From: the human T2T-CHM13v2.0 reference genome, Homo sapiens
Direction: 5' to 3'
Assembly (NCBI GenBank): GCA_009914755.4
Contig: CP068257.2
Location: 18,944,001-19,008,000, forward strand
DNA: 64,000 bases
The translations under genes were made by a program, and so were the position numbers. How positions within the stretch are numbered: position 1 is the first letter of the stretch; every line of letters starts with the position of its first letter. Of this stretch, positions 30,120-41,002 are shown piece by piece. Under the pieces are notes generated by a model. The model did not search any database and was not told where the DNA came from. It worked only from the letters and a program-made list of their open reading frames with translations.

Positions 30120-30427
30120 TTTATTTTTTTTCATTGTTTAGGACAGGGTGTTGCTGTCACCCAGGCTACTGTGCAGTGGCAAGACATAGCTCATTGCAGC
30201 CTAGAACTCCTGAACTTAAACAATCCTTCCACCTCAACCTTCCAAGTGGCTGGGCCTACATGTATGCACCACAATACCCAGCTAACTTTTCTTATTATTA
30301 TTACTCTTAGTTTGTAGAAACAGGGACCCACTGTGTTGCCCAGTCTGGTCTCAAATTCCTGGCTTTAAGTAATCTGCCTCAGCCTCCCAAAGGGCTGGGA
30401 TTAAAGATGTGAGCCGCCACACCCAGG
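30120..30427 (-). mobile_element. Old Alu (AluJ-like), minus strand, inside Tigger1
   Basis: T-rich start then a diverged Alu reverse complement (acagggtgttgctgtcacccaggctactgtgcagtggcaagacatagctcattgcagcctagaactcctg...ggctgggattaaagatgtgagccgccacacccagg); CpGs decayed. Confidence 0.8.
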
Positions 30428-30826
30428 TAGAGAATTGGTTTTTGAGATGGAATTTACTCCTGATGAAGATGCTCTAAATATTGATGAAATTACAACAAAG
30501 AATTTAAAATTTTATTTCAACTTAGTTGTTAAAAAAGTAGCAGGGTTTGGCAGGGTTGAATCCAATGCTGAAATAATTTCTACTGTGAGGAAAATGATAT
30601 CAAAAACAGCATCATATTCTACAGAGGAATCTTTCCTGAAAGGAAGATTCAGTCCAGCAAACTTCATGACTGTCTTATTTTAAGTAATTGCCACAGCTAC
30701 CTCAATTCTCAGTATCCACAGCCCTGATCAGTTAGGAGCCATTAACATCAAGGACAAGACTCTCCGTCGAAAAAATATTACAACTCACTGCACGCTCAGA
30801 TAATTGTTAGCATTTATTTTCAACAA

Positions 30827-31101
30827 TTTTTTTTTTTTTTTGAGACGGAGTCTTGCTCTGTCATCAAGCTGGAGTCCACTGGTGTGATCTCAGCTCACTG
30901 CAACCTCCACCTCTTGGGTTAAAGGATTCTCCTGCCTCAGCTTCCCGAGTAGCTGGGAGTACAGGCACGTGCCACCATGCCCAGCTAATTTTTTTGTATT
31001 TTTATTAGAGACAGGGTTTCACCATGTTGGCCAGGATGGTCTCGATCTCCTGATCTCATAATTCGCCTGCCTTGGCCTCCCAAAGTGCTGGGATTACAGG
31101 C
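30827..31101 (-). mobile_element. Alu (AluS-like), minus strand, inside the Tigger1 3' region
   Basis: Poly-T 30827-30841 then gagacggagtcttgctctgtcatcaagctggagtc...ggcctcccaaagtgctgggattacaggc. Confidence 0.9.
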
Positions 31102-31559
31102 AAACAAAATATTTTTAAATTAACGTATATTCATTGCTTTTGTAAGACATAATGCTATGGGACACTTGATGGACTATAATATAGCATAAACATAACGTTT
31201 ATATGGACTGGAAAACTGAGAAGTTTATGTGACTTACTTTATTGCAATGTTTACTTTATTGCTGTGGTCTGGAACTGAACCTGCAATATCTCTTAGGTAT
31301 TTCTGTAATTTTATAATTACAGTATTTCCTTTTTTCTCCCTTTATCCTACTCATAGATGCCTGCCTTATATTGTTTATGTATTCAAGGCCCATAAATAAT
31401 TTATTTTCCCATCAAATGTTATACATTTTATAGAAAAAAAAGAATGTAGAAACTAAACAAGTATGTTAAAACTGTTAAAAAATAAGATTTAGTTTTTTCA
31501 GGCATGTTTTATCATTTTAGAGAAATCAGTTCTGAGCAACATATACCAGATAGTTTCAT

Positions 31560-31660
31560 ATTATAAGGGGAGTAGATACACACACATACATATGTATATA
31601 TACACATATATATTTACACATACATATATGCATGTATATATATAAACAAATTAAGGTATA
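31560..31660. repeat. (CA)/(TA) low-complexity tract
   Basis: acacacacatacatatgtatatatacacatatatatttacacatacatatatgcatgtatatatata. Confidence 0.8.
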
Positions 31661-31867
31661 TAACATATATTTTAAATTTTTCCCTTGTTAACTTAAATTT
31701 CAATATTTCTTCAGTGTTGTCAAATATTAAACCACAGTAATTTTTATATTAATCACTCAAGTAGAGATAATGTAAAGAAATAGAAGATTTGAAAGACATT
31801 CATGAAGAGAGGGAGAGGGAAGAAGCTTGCCCTACAAGATATTGGGAAATTGTATATCTATAGTATC

Positions 31868-33492
31868 TGATATGGTTTGACTCTGTGCCCCTGCCCAAAT
31901 CTCATCTCCAGTTGTAATCCTCACATGTCAAGAGAGGAAGGTGATTGGATCATGGGGGCACTTTACCCCATGCTGTTCTCGTGATAGTGAGTGAGTTCTC
32001 ACATCTCATGGTTTTGTATTTGGAAGTTCCTCCTTTTTTTTCTTTTCCATGTTGCCTTGTAAATAAGGTGCCTGCTTCCCCTTCCACCATAATTGTAAAT
32101 TTCCTGAGTCCACCCCAGCCATGCAGAATTGTGAGTCAATTCAACCACCTTTGTTTGTAAACATGTCCAGAACATGTCACAGACTTTCCCAGCAGCCCCT
32201 CCCATCACAGGCCCAGAGGGGTAGAAGGGAAAAATCGTTTTGTGGGCAGGGCCCAGGGCCCTGCTGCTGTGTTCAGCCTCAGGACTTGGTGCTCTATATC
32301 CCAGCTGCTCCAGCTCCAGCCATGACTAAAAGGGGCCATGGCACAGCTCAGGCCATTGCTTCAGAGGGTGCAAACCCCAAGCCTTGATGGCTTTCACATG
32401 ATGACGGCCTGTGGGTGCACAGAAGTCAAGAATTGAGGTTTGGAAAACCCTGCCTGGATTTCAGAGGTTATATCGAAACACCTGGATGTCCAGGCCAAAG
32501 TTTACTGCAGGGACAGAGTCTTCATGGAGAACCTCTGCTAGGGCAGTGTAGAAGGGAAATATGGGGTTGGAGCCCCCACACAGAGCACTACCTAGTGGAG
32601 CTGTGAGAAGAGGGCTACTGTCCTCCAAACCCCAGAATGATAGATCCACTGACAGCTTGCCCTGTGGGCCTGGAAAAGCCACAGGCACTCAATGTCAGTC
32701 CATGAAGGAGCTGCCCAAGATCTTGGGAGCCCACCCCTTGCATCAGCATGTCCCAGATGTGAGACATAGAGTCAAAGGTGATCATTTTGGTGCCGTAAGG
32801 TTTAATGACTGCTTCACTGAATTTTGGACTTGCATGGGGCCTGTAGCCCCCTTTGTTTTGGCCAATTTCTCCCATTTAGAATGGATGTATTTGCCCAATG
32901 CCTGTACCCCCTTTGTATCTTGGAAAGAGCTAACTTGTTTTTTATTTTACAGGTTCATAGGCAGAAGGGACTTGCCTTTACTCAGATGAGACTTTGGACT
33001 TGGACTATTGAGTTAATGCTGGACTGAGTTAAGACTTTGGGGGACTGTTAGGAAGGCAAGATTGGTTTTGAAATGTGAAAAGACATGAGATTTGGGAGGG
33101 GCCAGTGTCAGAATGATATGGTTTGGCTCTGTGTCCCCACCCAAATCTCCTCTGCACGTAATCCCCACGTGTTGAGGGAGGGACCTGTAATCCCTATGTG
33201 TTGAGGGAGAGAGGTGATTGGATCATGGAGGCAGTTTCCCCCATGCTGTTCTCATGATAGTCAGTTAGTTCTTATGAGATCTGATGGTTTTACAAGTGGA
33301 AGTTCCTCCTTCATTCTTTTTCCTGCTCCCTTGTGAAGAAGGTGCCTACTTCCCCTTCTGCCATGATTGTAAGTTTCTTGAGGCCTCCCCAGCCATGAGG
33401 AACTGTGAGCCAATTAAACCTCATTTGTTTATATTAATAAATTACCTAGTCTCAAATATTTCTTTATAGCAGTGTGACAACAGACTAATACA
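31868..33492 (+). mobile_element. MaLR (ERVL-MaLR) THE1/MST-class element: 5' LTR (truncated) 31868-32163, internal 32164-33113, 3' LTR 33114-33492
   Basis: Both LTRs begin tgatatggtttg(a/g)ctctgtg.cc.c.cccaaatct..., and the 3' LTR ends ...gtgacaacagactaataca. Internal sequence (gcccagagggg...tgggcagggcccagggccctgctgctgtgttcagcctcaggacttggtgc...) matches the remembered THE1B-int. Confidence 0.8.
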
Positions 33493-34650
33493 GATCCAAG
33501 ACAGTGTGCATAGGGATGAAAATAGTTCAGTGAAACACAAAAGAGAGTAGTCAAAAAGACACTGTCATATATGAGCATCTGCAGTATGACATAGACAGAA
33601 GTTTATGTTGCTGAAGAACATATACTGTTCATGAATGAGACAGAGAAAACAAGTTTACCCACCAGATTGGAAAAAAAAGTAAATGGTATTACAATCTCAA
33701 TTGTTGATGGTATGTGGAACAATGGGAGTATGCACACACTGCTGAGAATAAATTGGTATTGCATTTAGAAAATCAATTTGGCATTACATTATCTCATAAA
33801 ATTAAATGGACACATACTTTATTATCCAGCAATAGCATTTCTTGGAAGATAGTCTTGTACAGAGAAAGCCATGTACTATCTGTATTGTCCACAATAAAAA
33901 AAGAAATAATAACCAGGGAATAACATGGGAAAATGACTATCATTTGTAAAATAAATATTGACTTAGAGTATATTCAAACAATGCAAAATTAATTAATGTA
34001 TAATTTGGGATATTTAGCTACTAGATAGAAGTATAATGTTAATAAGCACGGCATTAAACAACATAGAATTAGAAATATTAGAGTCTACTAAAAAGAAGGA
34101 GCACAAATGTGATTCAAGGTTCATTTAATGCTTCATTTCTTAAAAAATTTGGCAGAACACAGCCATTTATTTCATATATATATATATTTAAAACATTCCA
34201 TCTTTAGTGTGCAAGAAAACAAATAGAAATAAAACACTATGAAAACTGGGATATCAACTGCCTGTGAAGCTAAAATCATGTAAAGGTCAAATAGAATTTT
34301 TAATTTAAGGAAATTTTAAGATAATGGAAAAATGGAGGTGATCTAAATTATTTTATAAAGAAGATATTATTATAATGATTTTATTCCATTAAATCAAATT
34401 TAATTTTTAAATGAATAGTACATACTTGTGGTACGTGTTCAAAGCTTCAAATGAATTTTAATATAATTGTATTAATAATTTTTTAAAAAACAAGAGGACG
34501 CTCAGCATCCTACATTATTATGGAAAAGAGAGAGTTGAAATAGAGTCCACGGTTATTATGAGGCATTATTTTCTTCCAATCAGCAAATGGAGAAACCGCC
34601 TTTTAATTAACCCTTTTAATTAGAAGCATAATTTTTCAATTCACCCACCC

Positions 34651-34845
34651 GTATGGTGCAGCCGAACCCTTGACTTCATTTCTAGATGGAGGAAATTGCA
34701 GTGGCTCATTTGTTGTGACAGACTGTCCCGTCTTAAACTACAAACAATATTGGTTAATTTATTTATCAAGAATAATACATGTTTATCTAGAGTTTACCTA
34801 CCATATCAGTTAATGTATTTCAACATATATTTACAAAATATATCA
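34651..34845 (+). repeat. Copy A of a dispersed ~190-bp duplicated segment (partner at 36474-36665)
   Basis: tatggtgcagccgaacccttgacttcatttctagatggaggaaattgcagtggctcatttgttgtgacagactgtcccgtcttaaactacaaacaatattggttaatttatttatcaagaataatacatgtttatctagagttta is about 85% identical to the partner. Confidence 0.8.
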
Positions 34846-36473
34846 TTATATCCCCTCAAATATAAAGGCAATCTTTCTACCGAATTAAAATGAAAACTAG
34901 AATGTGGTGTGACTAGTACATACTAACAGATAGTGTGCAGCAAGTATAATTTTAAGAAAAATATTTCTATTGAGGAATAAAACATGAACACCCTTTTGTC
35001 ATTCCCAAACCACTGTATATAAATACATACAGTGATACATATAATACATATAATACATGTATATGTATAATATGTATTTATATATATTTATTCAGATCAA
35101 ATGGGTTGAAGTGAATTATTAATTGTATTTCATTATATTGGTATTTATTGGCAGTCATAAATTAATAGACTAATTGTATTCAGATACTAATATTTAATTT
35201 TTTATGTAATCACAATGGAAATAGAGTTTATTCTCTTTTTATTTCTTAGAGCATGCAATAGTTTTGGAAACAATATAAAATTTTGACGTTATTAAGCTAA
35301 AGCAAAGATAACATTATGCAAAATTCATCTGAAAAGTTAATTAAATAATGGCAATAGAGATTTACCAAGTAGCTTATTGGGATTCAATCAGGCTGGTGGG
35401 AAAAATATTAGAGACAGTTATAGAGATAGACACAAATCTTCTCGGAAGGCCGAGAAGTTTGCGTAACTTTGGTAGTAGACCTGGCTGAAGGCGGCCTGGT
35501 CCCTTTACCTTTAGTTAAACAAATTAAAGTAGTAGCAAAGGAAGGCAGAGTAGTTTACCTAGCTAGCTTGTTTACTCATGTGATCTTAAGACTAACCTTT
35601 GATGTACCGCAGGTGCTGAAGTGCTTTTTACTCAAGAAGTCCACAATGTCAATTATTACCCTCTAATGGTGTTGACTCAAGCCTTTGTTAATTAATCATA
35701 CTGAATAAATGCGAGTCTCACTAGGTGATCAGGGCCGAGTCCCAACTGTTTAGAGGACTCTGCTGGAGTCTGTAAGCCATTCGAACACTCAGCAGGACTG
35801 GCAAAGCAGAGTATCTGTGTGCCAGTGTACTTCATTCATCTGTCGTGGGTCAGAGGTATGCAAGGGACAGACTCCCTGCAGCTGGTGCTCCCGTATAAGG
35901 AGCACTGCCACACTAGCCTATAAGTCCAAACCAATGTATTTAAAAACTAAGAGAAATATATTTTAAAAGATTTATCAGAGACATACTTTCCTCTTTGCCT
36001 AACAAGAACTTAGAACAGATAAATAATGCCTCTTGAAATCTATGTTTCCATTCTTTTTCCTTTAATACTTGAGTGTCATAAAAATGAACTGGATTTCATA
36101 TTTTTTTTTAGAAGACAGGCTTGAAGAAGGGCATTTCACTGGAAGCACTATTACTTATACAACTTAAAGAGCAATGCAATCATGGTAAGTGGAAGATTCA
36201 AAAAAGAAAGCCATATCCCTTTCCTCATTTTTGGAGCACGTTATAATAATATAACCTCTAGTTTGTTCTTTCCTCTTGATTGTTTTCTTCAGTGTCTCTT
36301 CTCCGAATTCTTTCACTGATAATCTCTGTAACCTCATTAGGAGTTCTGCTGCTGCTTCATTTTACTTGATGATAGTTATTTTATTTCTCTTAGATATTAC
36401 TTTTCAACTAGACTGTAAGCCCTGGGAGAAACATCCCTGATTTAGGATGATCTCTCAGTTCTCCTGCCCTCAT

Positions 36474-36665
36474 GGTGTGGCCCACCCATTGACTTCATTT
36501 CTAGAGGGAAGAAATTGTGGTGGCTCATTTGTGAGAGACTGTTTCATCTTAAACTACAAACAATATCAGTTAATTTATTTATTAGGAATAATACATGTTT
36601 ATCTAGAGTTTTCCTTCCCCATTAGTTGACATATTATCATAGATATTTACCTATGAATGTGACTA
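36474..36665 (+). repeat. Copy B of the ~190-bp duplicated segment
   Basis: catggtgtggcccacccattgacttcatttctagagggaagaaattgtggtggctcatttgtgagagactgtttcatcttaaactacaaacaatatcagttaatttatttattaggaataatacatgtttatctagagtttt. Confidence 0.8.
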
Positions 36666-39600
36666 TATGCACTTAAATATAATAGCAATTTTCCAACTGA
36701 AGAAGGGTTTAAACAGAAATCTGGGGTTAGTAGAACTTTGTGCAACAAGAAGTTTAATTTTAAGAAAATGATTTATTTGAGTCATAATGCATTGTTTCCC
36801 TTTCAGTATCTCCTAATCACAATGAAATATGTATTTATAGAGAAGAAATAGGCTGAACTATATGTTAGGCACTCTTAAGATTCAGAGGACCAGAAAATGG
36901 GTTATGTCTCGTCAGACTTCAGCTGAGCGTTAAGGAACAGATAGTAGATTCAGTATTACAAGAGAATGGAAAACAGCCTGCTGAAAATGAAATCAAGGGT
37001 AGAGGAAGCAGGACTAATTTAAGAGAGGAGAACCAGATAAAGATCTTAATTTAAGTAAAAAGAAGATTTTCTGTTATTAATTCAGTCTAAAAATATTTTT
37101 GACATCACCTTCTTTTTGGGAGAGGATTCTCCATGCCTCCTTCTGTTTTTGAACATCTTGCAAGCAGAGGTACTGACAGCTTTTTTTTCCAGACTGTATT
37201 TTCAAAGATGTCTATATAGTGAAACTTCCTAAAAGATACAGATAGTGTCTTTCTCTAGAGCGAAGAGATTTGTTTGCTGGACACAAGTAAAAAAGTTGGT
37301 TTTCCTCTGAGGCAAATGTTGGGCAGGTTTGAGTGTATCGCCTGATAGAAGATTGGCATTTTCTGAAACTGAAATTCTTTGTATTTGAGAAAAACATTGC
37401 AAGGGCTTCATCCAGCCAGACCAATCTGAATCATTGTCATGAGACCCGAGAGGCACAGAGAGCAAGAGCAAACATGAAACTCATGGCATCTGTTTTGCTT
37501 TGAATTAAAAAACAACAACAAAAAATCACTTTTATATCTGATGTCTGATGCAGGGGACTTGGGTTAGCTCTGAAAGAAGAATAAAATCTCAGCCTATGTA
37601 GTTTGTGACACCTACTATGTAGCAGGCATATTTTTAGGCATTAGAGAACATGAGTGAATAAAATAGAAAATGATTTCTGCTTTACTAAAATTTGCACTCT
37701 AGGGATGCAAAATTGTAATTTCTAGGGTTAAAAAATTTAAAAAAATAATTAAAATAAATAAAATACAAAGTAAGTAAATATTTAAAATTTTAACAAAACA
37801 AAATTAAGCCTGGGGCCAAATTTTGTATATGGTAGTTGCCTGAGAAAATGTAACAGTGGACTAAGGCTGGAAAGATGCTCTTTAGTACACAACGATGGTA
37901 AATACATTATGACTGCAGTCTAAAATGAATAAATTAGTGTATATTTTGTAGCCGACTAGAGACCCCTTGTAGGCTCATATTTTGAAATTATTGGTCATAA
38001 TGAAGATAAAAAAATGGTGATCATTTGTGTTTCAGGGAAAGTGGTGTAATTACAATTGTAGCATTCACTGTAGAAAGGGGCTAATATAACATTTTAAAAA
38101 TAATTGTTAGTCTGAAGTTGACGGAATCAGGAAACTAGACAGCGTAGCCACAAAGATAAAACTCTGGTCTTGAAAATGAGTAGTATAGAAACTGATAACA
38201 TGAATGAGAGAGGAAAACTTATCAAGAAGGAACTTCCCTTCTAGTTTAGGCACCTTGAGTTTGAGATGACAGAAAGACCACCAAGTGTAAGGGCTCATGA
38301 GACAGTTGAAAATTTGGCCCATTAATTCAGAAAAAAATTTAAATATGAGGCAAGATTTTGGAATCATTCCTGTGGTGTAGATTTCTAACACTTTGAGACT
38401 AGATAAGCTCTAAAAGATGGTGCAAAAATGGAAGAACAGATGACTAATGACCTAATGCTGAACCACACTCACTGTCAGAGATGTATAAAACAACCAACTC
38501 AACAGAAATAGAAGAGGAGAAAGAGAGCAGGAAGGGGAAAAGAAAATTCAAGATAGTACAGATCTCTGAATACCAGGAGAGGTGAGAGCATCAGCAAAGA
38601 GGGCATGACCACATTGCAGAGTGACAAAAAGATTTTAGCTCCAGAGAAGAAAGTATAGGTGACCTTCAATTTTGTAAAAATAGAGGTTACAGAATTCATA
38701 GATAAGAAAACAAGATAGTTTTAAAACAATTATTTTAAATATTATCTATGCTTGTTAATTTTTTTAAATTAATATTATAATTCTCTATTTTAATTGTTTG
38801 AATGATAGAAATAATGTTTGATATATAAAGATGTTTGATATATAAAGTAACATTGAAGCAAAATTTATTCTTCTGTATGTGTAATGTTCCAATGTTAAAA
38901 CTAATAATAATAGTATTTAACTATAAGTTTCTTTATTTTCAACAAGTCCTTTATTTGTTATCATTGCTGAGTTTGGCAGAATATTTATGATGTTCTTTCA
39001 TTCGTTCAGCTTAAATGAATAAGTGGATAAAATGATGAGATCACTCAGTATGAGCAGGGACTATCACACTGGAATAGCAATACAAATATTTGGTATCTTT
39101 GGGAAAAAATCTATTTCCACTTCAATTTTTAGATTTTTGATATAGGGATAATAATAAAACTGGCTATAAACTTATCTAAAATTGTATAATTGATTTATAA
39201 GCAAGTGGGAAAAAAAAGAGACCGGGAGAATATAATTTAAAGTTTCAGGACTATCTAAATAGTTGGGAGGAATTCTTCGCTGTATTGTTTGGTTTAGCAT
39301 CACCACCTTACTATATGAAGCAGTAACATAAAAATGTATATGTTTATCTAAAGTACATGTAAATCCCCAAGTCTCTATCTCTCCAACCTAATTCTGTCTA
39401 GGTTTATGAATAACCTCTGAGTTCATTAGAAACTACTGATGTGTGCAAAATAATTTGATAGTTCATAACTTCATATTTGTGAAAAAATATTGTAAATTCT
39501 ATTAGATTTGATGCCACTTTTATGTGGCTAACACCTTTTGCATCAACTGGAATGAAAATTAAAATGCAGTGGTTTGTTAGAATTCTAATTTTTACAACTT

Positions 39601-39962
39601 CTTGAAAAGGCTTCAGTAGACTATTATATGCTCCGTGTTGGAGAAAAGAAAACAAAATAACAGTACAGATTATTTACTGTGATTTATGCCACCAGGGTGA
39701 CATCATAAGCCTGGTAAAAACTTAGCCATTTCACCTTCATCTCTTTTTAATTTTTATTTTCATATTTTTGTGAGAAATGATTATGTACAGAAAAGAAGAA
39801 TAGCACTAAGAAAACAGCAGAAGGATATTCCAAAACTCTATTTAAAGCAAAGATAACAAAAATAGGTCAACATACACATGCTACCACTTACAGCTTACAA
39901 GTTAGCATAAAATTTCAAGGACTGTCAATCAATTCTGGATGTAAACTATTGCCCTATGGTGG

Positions 39963-40071
39963 CAGTAAGAAATATAACTCCTGAATTTTATTTCTGTGAA
40001 GATGGAGATGGATGCAGTAAGAAATATAACTGCTGAATTTTATTTCTGTGAAGATGGAGATGGATGCTTTA
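39963..40071 (+). repeat. Tandem duplication, 2 x ~55 bp
   Basis: gcagtaagaaatataact(c/g)ctgaattttatttctgtgaagatggagatggatg occurs twice back to back. Confidence 0.9.
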
Positions 40072-41002
40072 TGTATTATTAGGACTAAAATGCTAGATTT
40101 TGAAGCATGTGACACCACTTAAAACTAAAATATTCTAACAAACTACAAACTCCCAATAAATTGGGAGTTGAGTATATTCTAAGCACTATCTTTGTGTGCA
40201 GGTTTTTATTTAATTCTTAAAATATCTCCATATCCTTGGTATTATTATCACAATGTCTAAATGAAAAGAAAGAAAGAAGGGAAGGATAAAAAATGAGGGA
40301 AGGGATAGGCTTAACAGCATACAAAAGAATCATGGCATAATTGCAATATAATTCGTTACATGAATTAAAAATGCATATTAATTATTCCTGGTTGTATGTT
40401 GCCTAAAATATCACTGTTAACTGTAATACACAATGTAAGCAAATGCATATGTCTATGTTTTTTAAGAATTATAGTGAACATTCTCATGTAAACTCCAACA
40501 TTAATTGGAAAATCCTATTTTTTAATAAAAATAGGTTTTATTCTTGTATGATGTAAATTATAAGTACTTTTTTTCTCTACCATTACTTTCCTCAATACTA
40601 ACCTCATTTCAACAAATACCTGTATTTTCCTTCCCTTTCATCAGTTACATATTTCAACTATAGACAGCTAGAGTATATAATGAACAAATATAAATCAGTT
40701 TATGCTTGAACTGAGACACTTTGTATGATAAGAAGCAATTTTGTTTTCATTTCATTAAAATAATATAGATAATAATCAATATAAACAAGCTTGGTCAGTA
40801 CTGAAATATCCTTCCATGTCACTCACTTAGGTTTGCTCAGTCACAGTGATCTTTCCAAACTTTAAATCAAAGATTATCTTTTATGCATCACCACTGTCAC
40901 AGGTATGCATGTACTTAATTCTTAAATCTCCATACTGTAACCTAGTATTATTTTACAACCAATTTATGTTTGATAGTCTGACTTAAAAAAAAATTATAAC
41001 CA

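Larger units (their letters stand above)
22488..31305 (+). mobile_element. Tigger1 (pogo/Tc1-mariner superfamily) DNA transposon, about 2.4 kb of own sequence, interrupted by a nested L1 and two Alus
   Basis: 5' end caggcaaaccttgttatattgcacttcc...ggcaaccctgcatccagcaagtctattagcaacattttttcaacagcatatgctcac matches the remembered Tigger1 terminus. Pogo/CENP-B-like transposase remnants are readable across the interruptions (...YTKQQIFNV... / ...[10 protein letters not shown]...[13 protein letters not shown]... / ...MVFEMEFTPDEDALNIDEITTKNLKFYFNLV...). The 3' end ...ctgcaatatctcttaggtatttctg is flanked by TA on both sides. Confidence 0.85.

Noticed and set aside
32121-32989. ORFs of 88-142 aa inside the MaLR internal region (and the mirrored 41280..41900 set)
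   Set aside because: They lie in THE1/MST internal sequence, which is non-coding in MaLRs, and recur in the second copy on the opposite strand. They are repeat-derived, not genes.
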